Shown here in pieces: positions 22,436 through 30,598 of a DNA stretch of 64,000 nucleotides; position 1 is the stretch's first letter, and the number at the start of each line of letters is the position of its first letter. Source of the stretch: an uncultured delta proteobacterium (GTDB taxonomy: Bacteria > Myxococcota > Myxococcia > Myxococcales > Myxococcaceae); NCBI GenBank assembly GCA_963796055.1, contig CAWCKH010000004.1, positions 2,176,001 through 2,240,000 on the forward strand, read 5' to 3'. The position numbers were made by a program, and so were the translations under genes. The notes beneath the pieces were generated by a model, which did no database searches, had not been told where the DNA came from, and saw nothing but the letters and a program-made list of their open reading frames with translations.

Positions 22436-23692
22436 TCACGGAACCCGCGGACCTTCCGCGGTGGCGGGCGCGCTGGTCCTCTGGAGCTGGCTGGCCACCC
22501 GCTCCATCTCGCGCATCGCCCGCAGGTGGTTCTGTCCGGCAAGCTTGAGAAGGTCTGCCTCGCTCCAGCCCCGCCGAAGCAGCTCGGCGAAGAGGACCGG
22601 GTAGGTGGTCACATCCTGAAGCCCGTTGACCATGGAGACGGAGCCGTCGTCAAAGAAGTCGGCGCCGATGCCGACGTGGTCCACGCCCGCGACCGCCCGG
22701 ATGTGGTCGACGGCGTCGGCGACGCTGGCCATCGAGCCGCCCGGCTGCGGATGCGCCTTCTCCCACTGGACGAGCTCCTTGTCGACCTCGACCTCGGTCC
22801 GGACCCGCTGCCGGATGGCTCGCCGCGCCTCCTTCTTCTTCCTCAGCCACTCCTCGCTGGGAACCGCGAACTCGCGAATGAAGCTCACGTGAATCACCCC
22901 CCCGTTGCGTGCCACGAGCCGGAGCACGTCGTCGGGCACGTTGCGCGGGTGGGGCACGACGGCAAAGGCGTTGGAATGTGAGGAGATGACCGGCGCCTTC
23001 GACAGCCGGAGCACGTCGAGCATCACGTCCGGACTGACGTGCGCGATGTCCACGAACATGCCCAGCCGGTTGAGCTCTCCGACCAGCAGCTCCCCGTGCT
23101 TGGTGAGGCCATCATGGAGGGGCGCGTCGGTCGCCGCGTCCGCGAACTCGTCGTTTCTCCAGTGGGTGAGGGTCAGGTAGCGGGCCCCGAGCCGGTGGAA
23201 GATCCGCAGCACGGCCGGCGAGCTCTCGATCATGTGGCCGCCCTCGACGCCGAGCAGCGAGGCGATCCGGCCGGCGCGGGTGATCCGGACGATGTCGTCC
23301 GCGCTCCGGGCGAGCTCCAGCTCGGGTCGGCCCTCGATGGTTCGCAGAGCGACGTCGAAGACCCGGAGCGCCTCGTGGAGCGCGGTGCGGGTCAGCCGGG
23401 TGTCCGACTCGACGAAGATGCTCCAGTACTGGGCACCGACCCGGCCCTCGCGGAGGCGCGGGATGTCGGCGGGTAGGTCGGGCTGGCGCTTGCCCAGGTC
23501 CACCTTGGTGAGGTCCCCTCCGGTCTTCTCCAGCAGCGCGTAGGGCAGGTCGTTGTGCGTGTCGATCAGCGGCGCGCGCTGGAGGATGGACCGCGCCCGG
23601 TCGAGCAGGCGCGGGTCGGGCGCGGCGGGGGTCGTGCCTGCGGCCGGAGCTGCGCCGAGGAGCGCGAGGGCAAGCGTGGTCGGCCAGAGCAT
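22436..23692 (-). CDS. Membrane dipeptidase (peptidase M19)
   Basis: Signal peptide, IDTHNDLP, GVEGGH, YLTLTH, VDIAHVS, SHS, HVGIGADF. Confidence 0.93.
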   Translation of the reverse strand: MLWPTTLALALLGAAPAAGTTPAAPDPRLLDRARSILQRAPLIDTHNDLPYALLEKTGGDLTKVDLGKRQPDLPADIPRLREGRVGAQYWSIFVESDTRLTRTALHEALRVFDVALRTIEGRPELELARSADDIVRITRAGRIASLLGVEGGHMIESSPAVLRIFHRLGARYLTLTHWRNDEFADAATDAPLHDGLTKHGELLVGELNRLGMFVDIAHVSPDVMLDVLRLSKAPVISSHSNAFAVVPHPRNVPDDVLRLVARNGGVIHVSFIREFAVPSEEWLRKKKEARRAIRQRVRTEVEVDKELVQWEKAHPQPGGSMASVADAVDHIRAVAGVDHVGIGADFFDDGSVSMVNGLQDVTTYPVLFAELLRRGWSEADLLKLAGQNHLRAMREMERVASQLQRTSAPATAEGPRVP

Positions 23693-23754
23693 CGGGCGAC
23701 GATGCCATGTCCTGCGGCCGTCGACGCATGGGACCAGAGGGCCACGCGCGCCGC

Positions 23755-24216
23755 TCACCGGGCGCCCGCGGTCCACACCCATTCCTTCGAGGCGGGCTTG
23801 CCCTGCCGTGTCCCCTCGATGCGGGCGTGCAGGGAGGGGCCCTCGCGCCAGTAGAGGATGCGGCGAGGGAAGTCGTGCGCCGGGTTCTCGAAGGCGATGC
23901 AGCTCGGGCCGTGGGCGACGCGCCGGAAGTCGGTGCCCGGGCGGCCCTGGGGCATCGCCCGGTAGACGAGGCCGTCGCCGTCTTGCTCGATGCGCAAGAA
24001 CTCGAACCCGGTGGCCTTCCCACCGGACGTGTCGCGGTGCATGGCGAGCATCAGGCCGCCGGCTGGCGTGAGCCACACCTCCTCGTTCAGTGTCCCCCGG
24101 TCGTCTCCGGACCAGCTGCCCACGAGCCAGTCGAGCTGGGCCAGCCCGGGAGAGCCAGGCCCGATAGCGGGACACTCGGGAACCGCGGAGAGCAGCAGCA
24201 GCGCGAGCAGGGTCAT
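23755..24216 (-). CDS. Secreted DUF6265-like protein
   Basis: LDWLVGSW, EEVW, FEFLRI, FENPAHDFPRRILY. Confidence 0.8.
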   Translation of the reverse strand: MTLLALLLLSAVPECPAIGPGSPGLAQLDWLVGSWSGDDRGTLNEEVWLTPAGGLMLAMHRDTSGGKATGFEFLRIEQDGDGLVYRAMPQGRPGTDFRRVAHGPSCIAFENPAHDFPRRILYWREGPSLHARIEGTRQGKPASKEWVWTAGAR

Positions 24217-24231
24217 TGGATTCGCTCGGGG

Positions 24232-25116
24232 TCAGGGGGTGGCGGCGGAGCGTGCTCCGGGCCCTCGGGCTTCGTCTTGGACGGACCCGACACCGAGCAG
24301 CTCCCGGAGCCGGCCTGGCGCCACGAACGCCCGCGCCAGCGGTCCGAGCGCCTCGAGCAGAGCGGCGGGGGGAAGCCCGGCAACGCGTCGAAACTCCCGG
24401 GTGAGGTGCGGCTGGTCGACGTACTCCAGCTCGGCGGCCAGCTGCGCCCAGCTGTCCTCGGCGTGATGAAGGAGCAGTGCCGCCTGCACCCGCAGCACGG
24501 CGGCAAGGGTGCGCGGGGGCAGGCCCACCTCGCGGAGGAAGGCCCGCTCGAGCCTGCGCTCCGCGGCTCCGCTCGCCGCACAGAGCGCGCGGACCGCAAT
24601 CCTCCCCCGTGCCCGCCGGAGCGCCCCGACAGCCTCGTCGACTGGCCGCGCGGATCCGGCGGCTTGCAGACGGTGGCGGAGGAAGGCTTCGAGCGTGGTG
24701 CAGCGCTCGGCATCGCCGGTGGCGTCCTCGAGCCGGGCGGCGAGGGTGCGACCCGCCCGCCCGAGCAGCTCCTCGAGTGAGCCCCAGCCGTCGGTCAGGC
24801 GGTGGGCGTCGTCGTGGAGCAGCCGTCCGAGCGCCGCCGGTCGGAGCCGGACCGCCACGGTGCGGAAGGCGGACCCGGGGGACACACGCAGCGCCCGGCT
24901 GCGCTGGCCGACGACCAGCGCGCGCGGCTGCAGCCGGAGCGACGTGCCGTCGTCCCCGGCGTGCATTGCCCCCCCGAGCTGCACCACCAGCTCCGGGCAG
25001 CCGTCGGGGACGATCCGCTCCGTTCCGCCGCCAGACCCCTCGGCGAACCAGAGGCACTCGACGGCCCACCGCAGATCGGCGGGTGGAGGCACCTCGCGGT
25101 AGCGGAGCGCGCCCAA
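24232..25116 (-). CDS. AraC-family transcriptional regulator
   Basis: RIVPDGCPEL N-terminus; RLERAFLREVGLPP and YVDQPHLTREFRRVAG HTH motifs. Confidence 0.9.
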   Translation of the reverse strand: MGALRYREVPPPADLRWAVECLWFAEGSGGGTERIVPDGCPELVVQLGGAMHAGDDGTSLRLQPRALVVGQRSRALRVSPGSAFRTVAVRLRPAALGRLLHDDAHRLTDGWGSLEELLGRAGRTLAARLEDATGDAERCTTLEAFLRHRLQAAGSARPVDEAVGALRRARGRIAVRALCAASGAAERRLERAFLREVGLPPRTLAAVLRVQAALLLHHAEDSWAQLAAELEYVDQPHLTREFRRVAGLPPAALLEALGPLARAFVAPGRLRELLGVGSVQDEARGPGARSAATP

Positions 25117-25176
25117 GGAGCAGGGGACGCTACTCCGGCCGTCGGCGGCGGTCCCAGGTCACGGACGCCCCCGCGC

Positions 25177-25842
25177 TCAGCCTCGGCGACCGAGCGCCTG
25201 GAGGTCCCTCATCTCCAGCACGTGCGTCGGAGGGCGCTCCCGCGCGGCGCGGATCATCGCCCGCCCCAGCTCCTCGGTGGAGATCACCATCGAGGGCGCG
25301 ATCGCCTGGACGACCGGAGCGATGGGTCCGAACACGCTGTAGGCGAGGCGCGTCCAGCGCGTCTTCGAGACCTCGCCATGCACCGGACGCAGCATCGCCA
25401 GCCGGACCATGTACGCGGCCGGGAAGAGCCCCCGGAGCGCCGCCTCGGTCCGCCCCTTCACCTGTGCCCACATCGACTTGCCGCCGGTGCCGGCGCCCGA
25501 GACGTACACGAAGGCCATGTCCGGATTGATCCGCGCCAGCAGGCGCCCCCAGCCGAGCGCCAGGTCGTAGGTGAGCCGAGTGTACTCGGCCTCGCTCATC
25601 CCCGCGGAGGAGACGCCGAGGCAGAAGAAGCACGCGTCGTACCCCTGCAGATCGGCCTCCGGAACGGAGGTGTCGAACAGATCCGGGCGGACCAGCTCTC
25701 GTAGCTTGGGGTCGCTTCGACCGCTGGGGGTGCGACCGATCGCCAGCACCGATTCGACCCCCGCGTCCCGCAGGCACGCGCCGAGAACGGCCTGGCCCAC
25801 CATTCCCGTCGCTCCGAAGAGGATGACCTTCATTCCCGCCAT
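25177..25842 (-). CDS. NAD(P)-binding epimerase/oxidoreductase
   Basis: FGATGMVG, DACFFCLGVSS, YVSGAG, WAQVKGRTE. Confidence 0.88.
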   Translation of the reverse strand: MAGMKVILFGATGMVGQAVLGACLRDAGVESVLAIGRTPSGRSDPKLRELVRPDLFDTSVPEADLQGYDACFFCLGVSSAGMSEAEYTRLTYDLALGWGRLLARINPDMAFVYVSGAGTGGKSMWAQVKGRTEAALRGLFPAAYMVRLAMLRPVHGEVSKTRWTRLAYSVFGPIAPVVQAIAPSMVISTEELGRAMIRAARERPPTHVLEMRDLQALGRRG

Positions 25843-25935
25843 TCGCCTCCGCCCATGCGCCAGGCCACAGTCAAGCGCGGAACGGGAGCGGGAACCAGCG
25901 GGGGAAGGCGGCGCCGGACGCGCCCAGAAAGGCGG

Positions 25936-26493
25936 TCAGCCGTCGAGCAGGGTTCCGATGGCGATCTCGGCGTCCCGGAGAGGCTCGGCGCTGCGGCGGA
26001 CCCGCGCCAGGAGCAGCGCGCCCTCGATGAGGCAGAGCACCGTCCGGGCCAGCCGCTCGGGCGCGGCGATGCGGGGCCGCTCCTGCCGGATGCGGTCCGC
26101 CAGCACCTCCGTCCACCGCTCGAACACCTCGGCGCAGGCCGCCGAGAGCGCCGGGGCGTCGTCGGAGGCCTCGAGCGCGGTGGTGGCCACCGGGCACCCC
26201 AGGGCGAACTCGGAGGCCTCGAGCTGCCGGGCGAACATCCGGGCCACCGACTGCAGCCCGCTCCGCACGTCGGGCTTGCCGTCCAGCTTGGTCTGGAGCG
26301 CCACCCCGAGGTGCTCGCCCAGGCGCCGCACCGCCTCCGCCGCCATCTGCTCCTTTCCCTCGGGGAAGTGGAAGTAGAGCGAGCCGCGGGGGGCGCCGGC
26401 CTCGGTCAACACCTGGGCCAGCCCGGTGGCGTGGTAGCCCTGCCGCGCCAGCAGCCGCGCCGTGACCTCCACCATGCGTTCCCGGGTGTCCAA
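25936..26493 (-). CDS. TetR/AcrR-family regulator (LmrA/YxaF-like)
   Basis: GYHATGL...APRGSLYFHFPEGKE HTH; GCPVATTALE. Confidence 0.92.
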   Translation of the reverse strand: MDTRERMVEVTARLLARQGYHATGLAQVLTEAGAPRGSLYFHFPEGKEQMAAEAVRRLGEHLGVALQTKLDGKPDVRSGLQSVARMFARQLEASEFALGCPVATTALEASDDAPALSAACAEVFERWTEVLADRIRQERPRIAAPERLARTVLCLIEGALLLARVRRSAEPLRDAEIAIGTLLDG

Positions 26494-26512
26494 CGTGGGT
26501 GCCTCCTTGACC

Positions 26513-26557
26513 TCAGTAGACCGGTCGGTCTAGTAACTGGACCGACTGGTCTACTGA
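26513..26557. promoter_or_regulatory. Double palindromic TetR operator between divergent genes
   Basis: TAGACCGGTCGGTCTA and TGGACCGACTGGTCTA within a near-perfect 45-bp inverted repeat. Confidence 0.8.
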
Positions 26558-26574
26558 TAGCACGGAGGTGCCCG

Positions 26575-27456
26575 GTGCGTCCCATCTGGTTGGTCTTCGA
26601 GGCGGCGGACGGACGCCCGCTCGCGGCGACGGTCCTCGAGCCACCCCGGGTGGAGGCGGCGGTGGTGATCGCCAGCGCCACCGGCGTGCCCCGCAAGATC
26701 TACGACGGCATCGCCGGATGCCTCGCCGGGGCGGGCATGGCGGTCCTCACCTTCGACTACCGGGGCATCGGCGGGTCGCGCCGGTCGCGCTCGCTCCGCG
26801 AGGAGGACGCCCGGATGCAGGACTGGGGGCGACTGGATCTGGAGGGAGCGCTGGGGTGGATGCGCCAGGCCTACCCCGGCGCTCCGCTGCTGGTGCTCGG
26901 CCACAGCGCGGGCGGCCAGCTCATCGGGCTCGCTCCCTCCGCGCGCCACCTCGCGGGCGCGGCGCTCATCGGCTCGCAGCTCGGCTGGGCAGGCCACTGG
27001 CCGTGGCCGGCGCGGGTGGCGATGTGGAGCATGTGGCACGCGCTGATCCCCGGCCTCACCGCCGCCAGGGGCTACCTTCCGATGAAGTCGCTCGGACAGG
27101 GCGAGGACCTACCGGCGGGGGTCGCCCGGGAGTGGGCCGCGTGGGGACGACGGCGCAACTACCTCTTCGACGTCCTGGGCTTCCAGGTACGCGCGGACTA
27201 CGCCGCCCTCCGGTTCCCGGTCCGGGCGCTCCACATCTCCGACGACCTGTACGCTCCCCGGAGCGGGGTGGAGGCGCTGGTGTCGTTCTACGGAGGCCGC
27301 CGGGAGGTTCGCACGGTCACCCCGGCCGAGGCGGGCGCGGGACGGATCGGCCACTTCGGCTGGGTCCGGCCCCGGTTCGAGCAGGCCATCTGGGCGCCGA
27401 TACGCGACTGGTTCCGGAGCCGGATCCAGCCCTCGCCGCTGCGGCGCGTGGGCTAG
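26575..27456 (+). CDS. Alpha/beta-fold hydrolase
   Basis: FDYRGIGGS, GHSAGG nucleophile elbow, DDLYAP, IGHFG; GTG start after GGAGG. Confidence 0.9.
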   Translation: MRPIWLVFEAADGRPLAATVLEPPRVEAAVVIASATGVPRKIYDGIAGCLAGAGMAVLTFDYRGIGGSRRSRSLREEDARMQDWGRLDLEGALGWMRQAYPGAPLLVLGHSAGGQLIGLAPSARHLAGAALIGSQLGWAGHWPWPARVAMWSMWHALIPGLTAARGYLPMKSLGQGEDLPAGVAREWAAWGRRRNYLFDVLGFQVRADYAALRFPVRALHISDDLYAPRSGVEALVSFYGGRREVRTVTPAEAGAGRIGHFGWVRPRFEQAIWAPIRDWFRSRIQPSPLRRVG

Positions 27457-27686
27457 GTCAGGGCGGCCGCAGTCGAGGTCCGGGTCAGGGTGAGTCAGGT
27501 GGGCTGCAGTCGGCGAGGTCAGGGCGGCCGCAGTCGGCGAGGTCAGGGCGGCCGCAGTCGAGGTCCGGGTCAGGGTGAGTCAGGTGGGCTGCAGTCGGCG
27601 AGGTCAGGGCGGCCGCAGTCGGCGAGGTCAGGGCGGCCGCAGTCGAGGTCCGGGTCAGGGTGAGTCAGGTGGGCTGCAGTCGGCGA
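27455..27686 (+). repeat. Tandem array of an 85-bp modular unit (about 2.7 copies)
   Basis: Units start at 27455, 27540 and 27625: AGGTCAGGGCGGCCGCAGTCG-AGGTCCGGGTCAGGGTGAGTC-AGGTGGGCTGCAGTCGGCG-AGGTCAGGGCGGCCGCAGTCGGCG. Confidence 0.97.
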
Positions 27687-27711
27687 TTCCCTACCGGCTC
27701 CTTTCGGCCCA

Positions 27712-28167
27712 TCACCCGCGCTGGAAGCGGTTCTGCATCACCAGCGCGGTGCGGGTGCGCGCCACCCCGGGCAGCGCGGCCACCGCCGCCCGCACCCGGT
27801 CGATGCCGGCGATGTCGTGTGCCTGCACCTGGAGGATGAGGTCCAGCTCGCCACTCACCGAATCGCAGACCCGCACCTCGGGGAGCGACTGAAGCGTTGC
27901 GGCGAGCGTGTCGTGGTTCGCGCCGCTCGCCGAGACCAGGAGGTACGCCTGCACGTCGGTGCCCCGGTTTCCGCGCCGGATGGTGTACCCAGCGATGTGG
28001 CCCATCCGTTCCAGCCGCTCGATGCGCTCCTGGATCGCGCTGCGCGAGCGTCCCACCCGTCGCGCGAGCCGGGCGTGCGACATCCGTCCATCCATCTCCA
28101 GCAGGGCGAGGAGCTGGAGATCCAGCGGGTCGAGCGCGCGAGGGTGGTAGGTCTCCGGCAGCGGCAT
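27712..28167 (-). CDS. Lrp/AsnC-family transcriptional regulator
   Basis: LDPLDLQLLALLEMDGRMS..LARRVGRSRSAIQERIERLE; VSGELDL. Confidence 0.92.
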   Translation of the reverse strand: MPLPETYHPRALDPLDLQLLALLEMDGRMSHARLARRVGRSRSAIQERIERLERMGHIAGYTIRRGNRGTDVQAYLLVSASGANHDTLAATLQSLPEVRVCDSVSGELDLILQVQAHDIAGIDRVRAAVAALPGVARTRTALVMQNRFQRG

Positions 28168-28385
28168 CGGCGTCCCTCGAGTCTAACGCGCGGGCCCCGC
28201 TCCGCTTTCCGCTGCCCCGGCGCCCGGCACATCGCCGGTGCGCGGACGAATCCGCGCAACAGCGGTGCGGCTCATCCGGTCCAGTGGGGTGAGGGGAGCG
28301 GTGAGGCACCCGGGCCCTGTCGTGCGCCGGGAGGCTCCGCGGTCGCAGGTCGGCGGCCGCAGAACCTCCCGGCGCGCGCTGCGGT

Positions 28386-29276
28386 CTACAGGGCGGAGAA
28401 GGGCGCGCCCTGCGAGACGTAGATCAGGTCGTACTCGGTGCTCCAGGTCTTGCCGCCGTCGGTCGTTCCCTGGCTGAACTGACGGACGCGGCGCCCGGGG
28501 AGCGGAGTGAAGGTGAGCTGCCGCCGGTAGGGCTTGCCGTCCGCCTGCGGCTGGTCCGAGTGGTAGACCATCGCCCCATTCTCCAGCTGGCCGGTGAAGA
28601 AGATCGGGGTGGCGCTGGAGTCCACCCACGACTGCTCCCAGCGCTTGCGCGCCGGGTTCCAGGTGTTCCAGCTCTTGCCCTCGCCGGTGCCCTTCCAGTT
28701 CTCCAGCACCACACAGTCCCCCAGGATGCGCTCGATGCGGCTCTGGCCCACCCGGTTCCCGCTCCGGTCGTAGACGTCCCAGCTCCCCACCCAGAAGTCG
28801 AGCTGTCGCCACGGCGAGCCGGGCTGCGCGCAGGGGGCCGACAGCGCGGCGAACTTCGCCGCCAGCTCCTGGAAGCGCGCATCGGCTGCCACCGCCGGGT
28901 CCGCATCCACCGCCGGGAGCCCCGGGGGCGGGCCGAACTCCTGCTCCACCAGCGGCTTCAGCAGGGCGAGCGCCGCGTCCTTCTCGCCGAGGTGGGCGTG
29001 GGCCAGCGCGCGCTGGTGCTGCATCAGGGGTGGGTAGAACCCGAGCTGCTCCGCCTTCAGCAGGGCAGGGAGCGCTTCGCGGGCCCGACCTGCCTCTCGC
29101 AGCGAGCGCCCCAGCCGTGCCCAGCTCGAGGCCTGCTCCGGATGCGCCTGCACCACCGCCCGGTACAGCTCGGCGGCGCGGTTCCAGTCCTGGTCGGCGA
29201 AGGCCTTGTTCGCTGCTGGCAGCGGGTCCGCAGGCGGGTTGGCGAGCACGGCGACGAAGAGCACGACAGCGAGCAT
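28386..29276 (-). CDS. Secreted TPR protein with C-terminal beta-barrel-like domain
   Basis: Signal peptide, TPR helices, RQLDFWVGSWDV...ENW...WEQSWVDS...DGGKTW; GAGGAGG RBS. Confidence 0.78.
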   Translation of the reverse strand: MLAVVLFVAVLANPPADPLPAANKAFADQDWNRAAELYRAVVQAHPEQASSWARLGRSLREAGRAREALPALLKAEQLGFYPPLMQHQRALAHAHLGEKDAALALLKPLVEQEFGPPPGLPAVDADPAVAADARFQELAAKFAALSAPCAQPGSPWRQLDFWVGSWDVYDRSGNRVGQSRIERILGDCVVLENWKGTGEGKSWNTWNPARKRWEQSWVDSSATPIFFTGQLENGAMVYHSDQPQADGKPYRRQLTFTPLPGRRVRQFSQGTTDGGKTWSTEYDLIYVSQGAPFSAL

Positions 29277-29295
29277 GCGAGACGCCCCTCCTCGG

Positions 29296-29430
29296 GCGGC
29301 AGGGGAGCGGCCCATCGCCGACATCGCCCTGGAAACCGGCTTCACCGACCAGAGTCATCTCACCCGCGTGTTCCGCCGGACCCTCGGCGAGACGCCGGCG
29401 GTGTTCCGGGCCAAGTTCCGCCGTGGCTGA
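29296..29430 (+). pseudogene. Remnant of an AraC regulator (second HTH only)
   Basis: PIADIALETGFTDQSHLTRVFRRTLGETPAVFR*, with no N-terminal part. Confidence 0.8.
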
Positions 29431-29436
29431 GCGCGG

Positions 29437-29784
29437 TCACGCTGCCGACAGGGTCGGCCCGCCCGGGAGCTGGCGGGTGGTTCCCACCGCGCGCAGCGCC
29501 TCTGCCAGAAGCGTCACCCGCTCCGGGCACGGCCGGTAGACGGTCCAGCGGCCGCGGCGCTCGGTCTCCACCAGGTTCGCCTCCTTCAGGATGCGCAGGT
29601 GGTGCGACACCAGCGCATGGGGCAGTCCGACCAGCAGCTCGAGGTCCGAGAGGCAGAGCCCTCGCTCGCCCGAGCGCACAGGGCCGGTGCGCGGCCCCTC
29701 CCACCCGAGCAGCAGCTCCAGCATGCGCAACCGGGTGGGCTCGGCCACCGCCTTCAACGCGCTCAAGAGTTCGTTTGCGCTCAT
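29437..29784 (-). CDS. ArsR/SmtB-family regulator
   Basis: KAVAEPTRLRML, LCLSDL, VSHHLRILKEANLV, RRGRWTVY. Confidence 0.88.
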   Translation of the reverse strand: MSANELLSALKAVAEPTRLRMLELLLGWEGPRTGPVRSGERGLCLSDLELLVGLPHALVSHHLRILKEANLVETERRGRWTVYRPCPERVTLLAEALRAVGTTRQLPGGPTLSAA

Positions 29785-29811
29785 GTCACTGCTCCGGCCA
29801 ACAGTAGAACG

Positions 29812-29844
29812 CGGGACCCGGAAAGCGATTTCCTCCGGGTCCCG
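29812..29844 (-). terminator. Stem-loop downstream of the lipoprotein gene (possible terminator)
   Basis: 11-bp stem CGGGACCCGGA/TCCGGGTCCCG; weak U-tract. Confidence 0.5.
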
Positions 29845-29854
29845 AGTCCCGGGG

Positions 29855-30595
29855 TCACTTCAATCCAGGGAACGGCTTGGTGAAGAAACAGATTCCCTGG
29901 TCCGGGTCGCCGGTGAGGAAGGTGGTCACCCAGTCCTCCTTCACGCAGGCCACCGCGTAGTCGGGGTTGAGGCCGGAGGGGAAGATGCCCGCGGCGGGAT
30001 CCCCGAACGGGTCGCAGAGCGCGTCGTCCTCGCAGGGGCCGATGAAGCCGATAGGCGAGGGGGTCAGGCCCTGCATCTTGTACGTCCCGGTGCAGGTGCC
30101 GAAGGTGATGTCTGCATCGCCTTCGAAGGTGGAGCCCTGGTACCGCGCTCCGTCGAGGAAGCGGAGGTTCTTCGGGTGGTAGACGAGGTTGGTCAGCCCC
30201 AGCCCCAGCACGTCGGTGTCCGACGTCATGGGGGTCATGTCGGAGATGGTGCAGATGTCGTCCGCATCCGGCACCTCGGACAGCGTCCCGTGTCCGAGAA
30301 CCGGGCTGTTCGGCCCGCCGTCGTCCGGGTAGGGCATGCTGTCGGACTTCACGTAGATCTCGCGGTCGCTGAACCCGTCGAACCGCCAGTTGTCGGCGTA
30401 GATGGCCGGCAGGACGTTCTCGCACCCTGCCGGCGGGGTGCCCTGCAGGGTGAACTTGATGGTGTAGCCCTGCAGCGGCGGCCGCTGGATGAGGCACGGG
30501 GCAGGGGCGGCGGTGGGGCAGGCGGTGAGCACCACCGCGGCGAGGACGGAGAAGAGGACGGCGTGCAGGCCTGAGGTTCGGGAGTGCATGGGCAT
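29855..30595 (-). CDS. Cys-rich lipoprotein, MlpA-like partner of an Oar-type receptor
   Basis: Lipobox LTAC and several spaced Cys; starts 3 bp after the Oar-like gene, mirroring the Myxococcus oar-mlpA arrangement. Confidence 0.7.
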   Translation of the reverse strand: MPMHSRTSGLHAVLFSVLAAVVLTACPTAAPAPCLIQRPPLQGYTIKFTLQGTPPAGCENVLPAIYADNWRFDGFSDREIYVKSDSMPYPDDGGPNSPVLGHGTLSEVPDADDICTISDMTPMTSDTDVLGLGLTNLVYHPKNLRFLDGARYQGSTFEGDADITFGTCTGTYKMQGLTPSPIGFIGPCEDDALCDPFGDPAAGIFPSGLNPDYAVACVKEDWVTTFLTGDPDQGICFFTKPFPGLK

Positions 30596-30598
30596 CCT

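Noticed and set aside
27455..27686. CRISPR array
   Set aside because: Units are identical end to end with no unique spacers, and there are no cas genes in the window.
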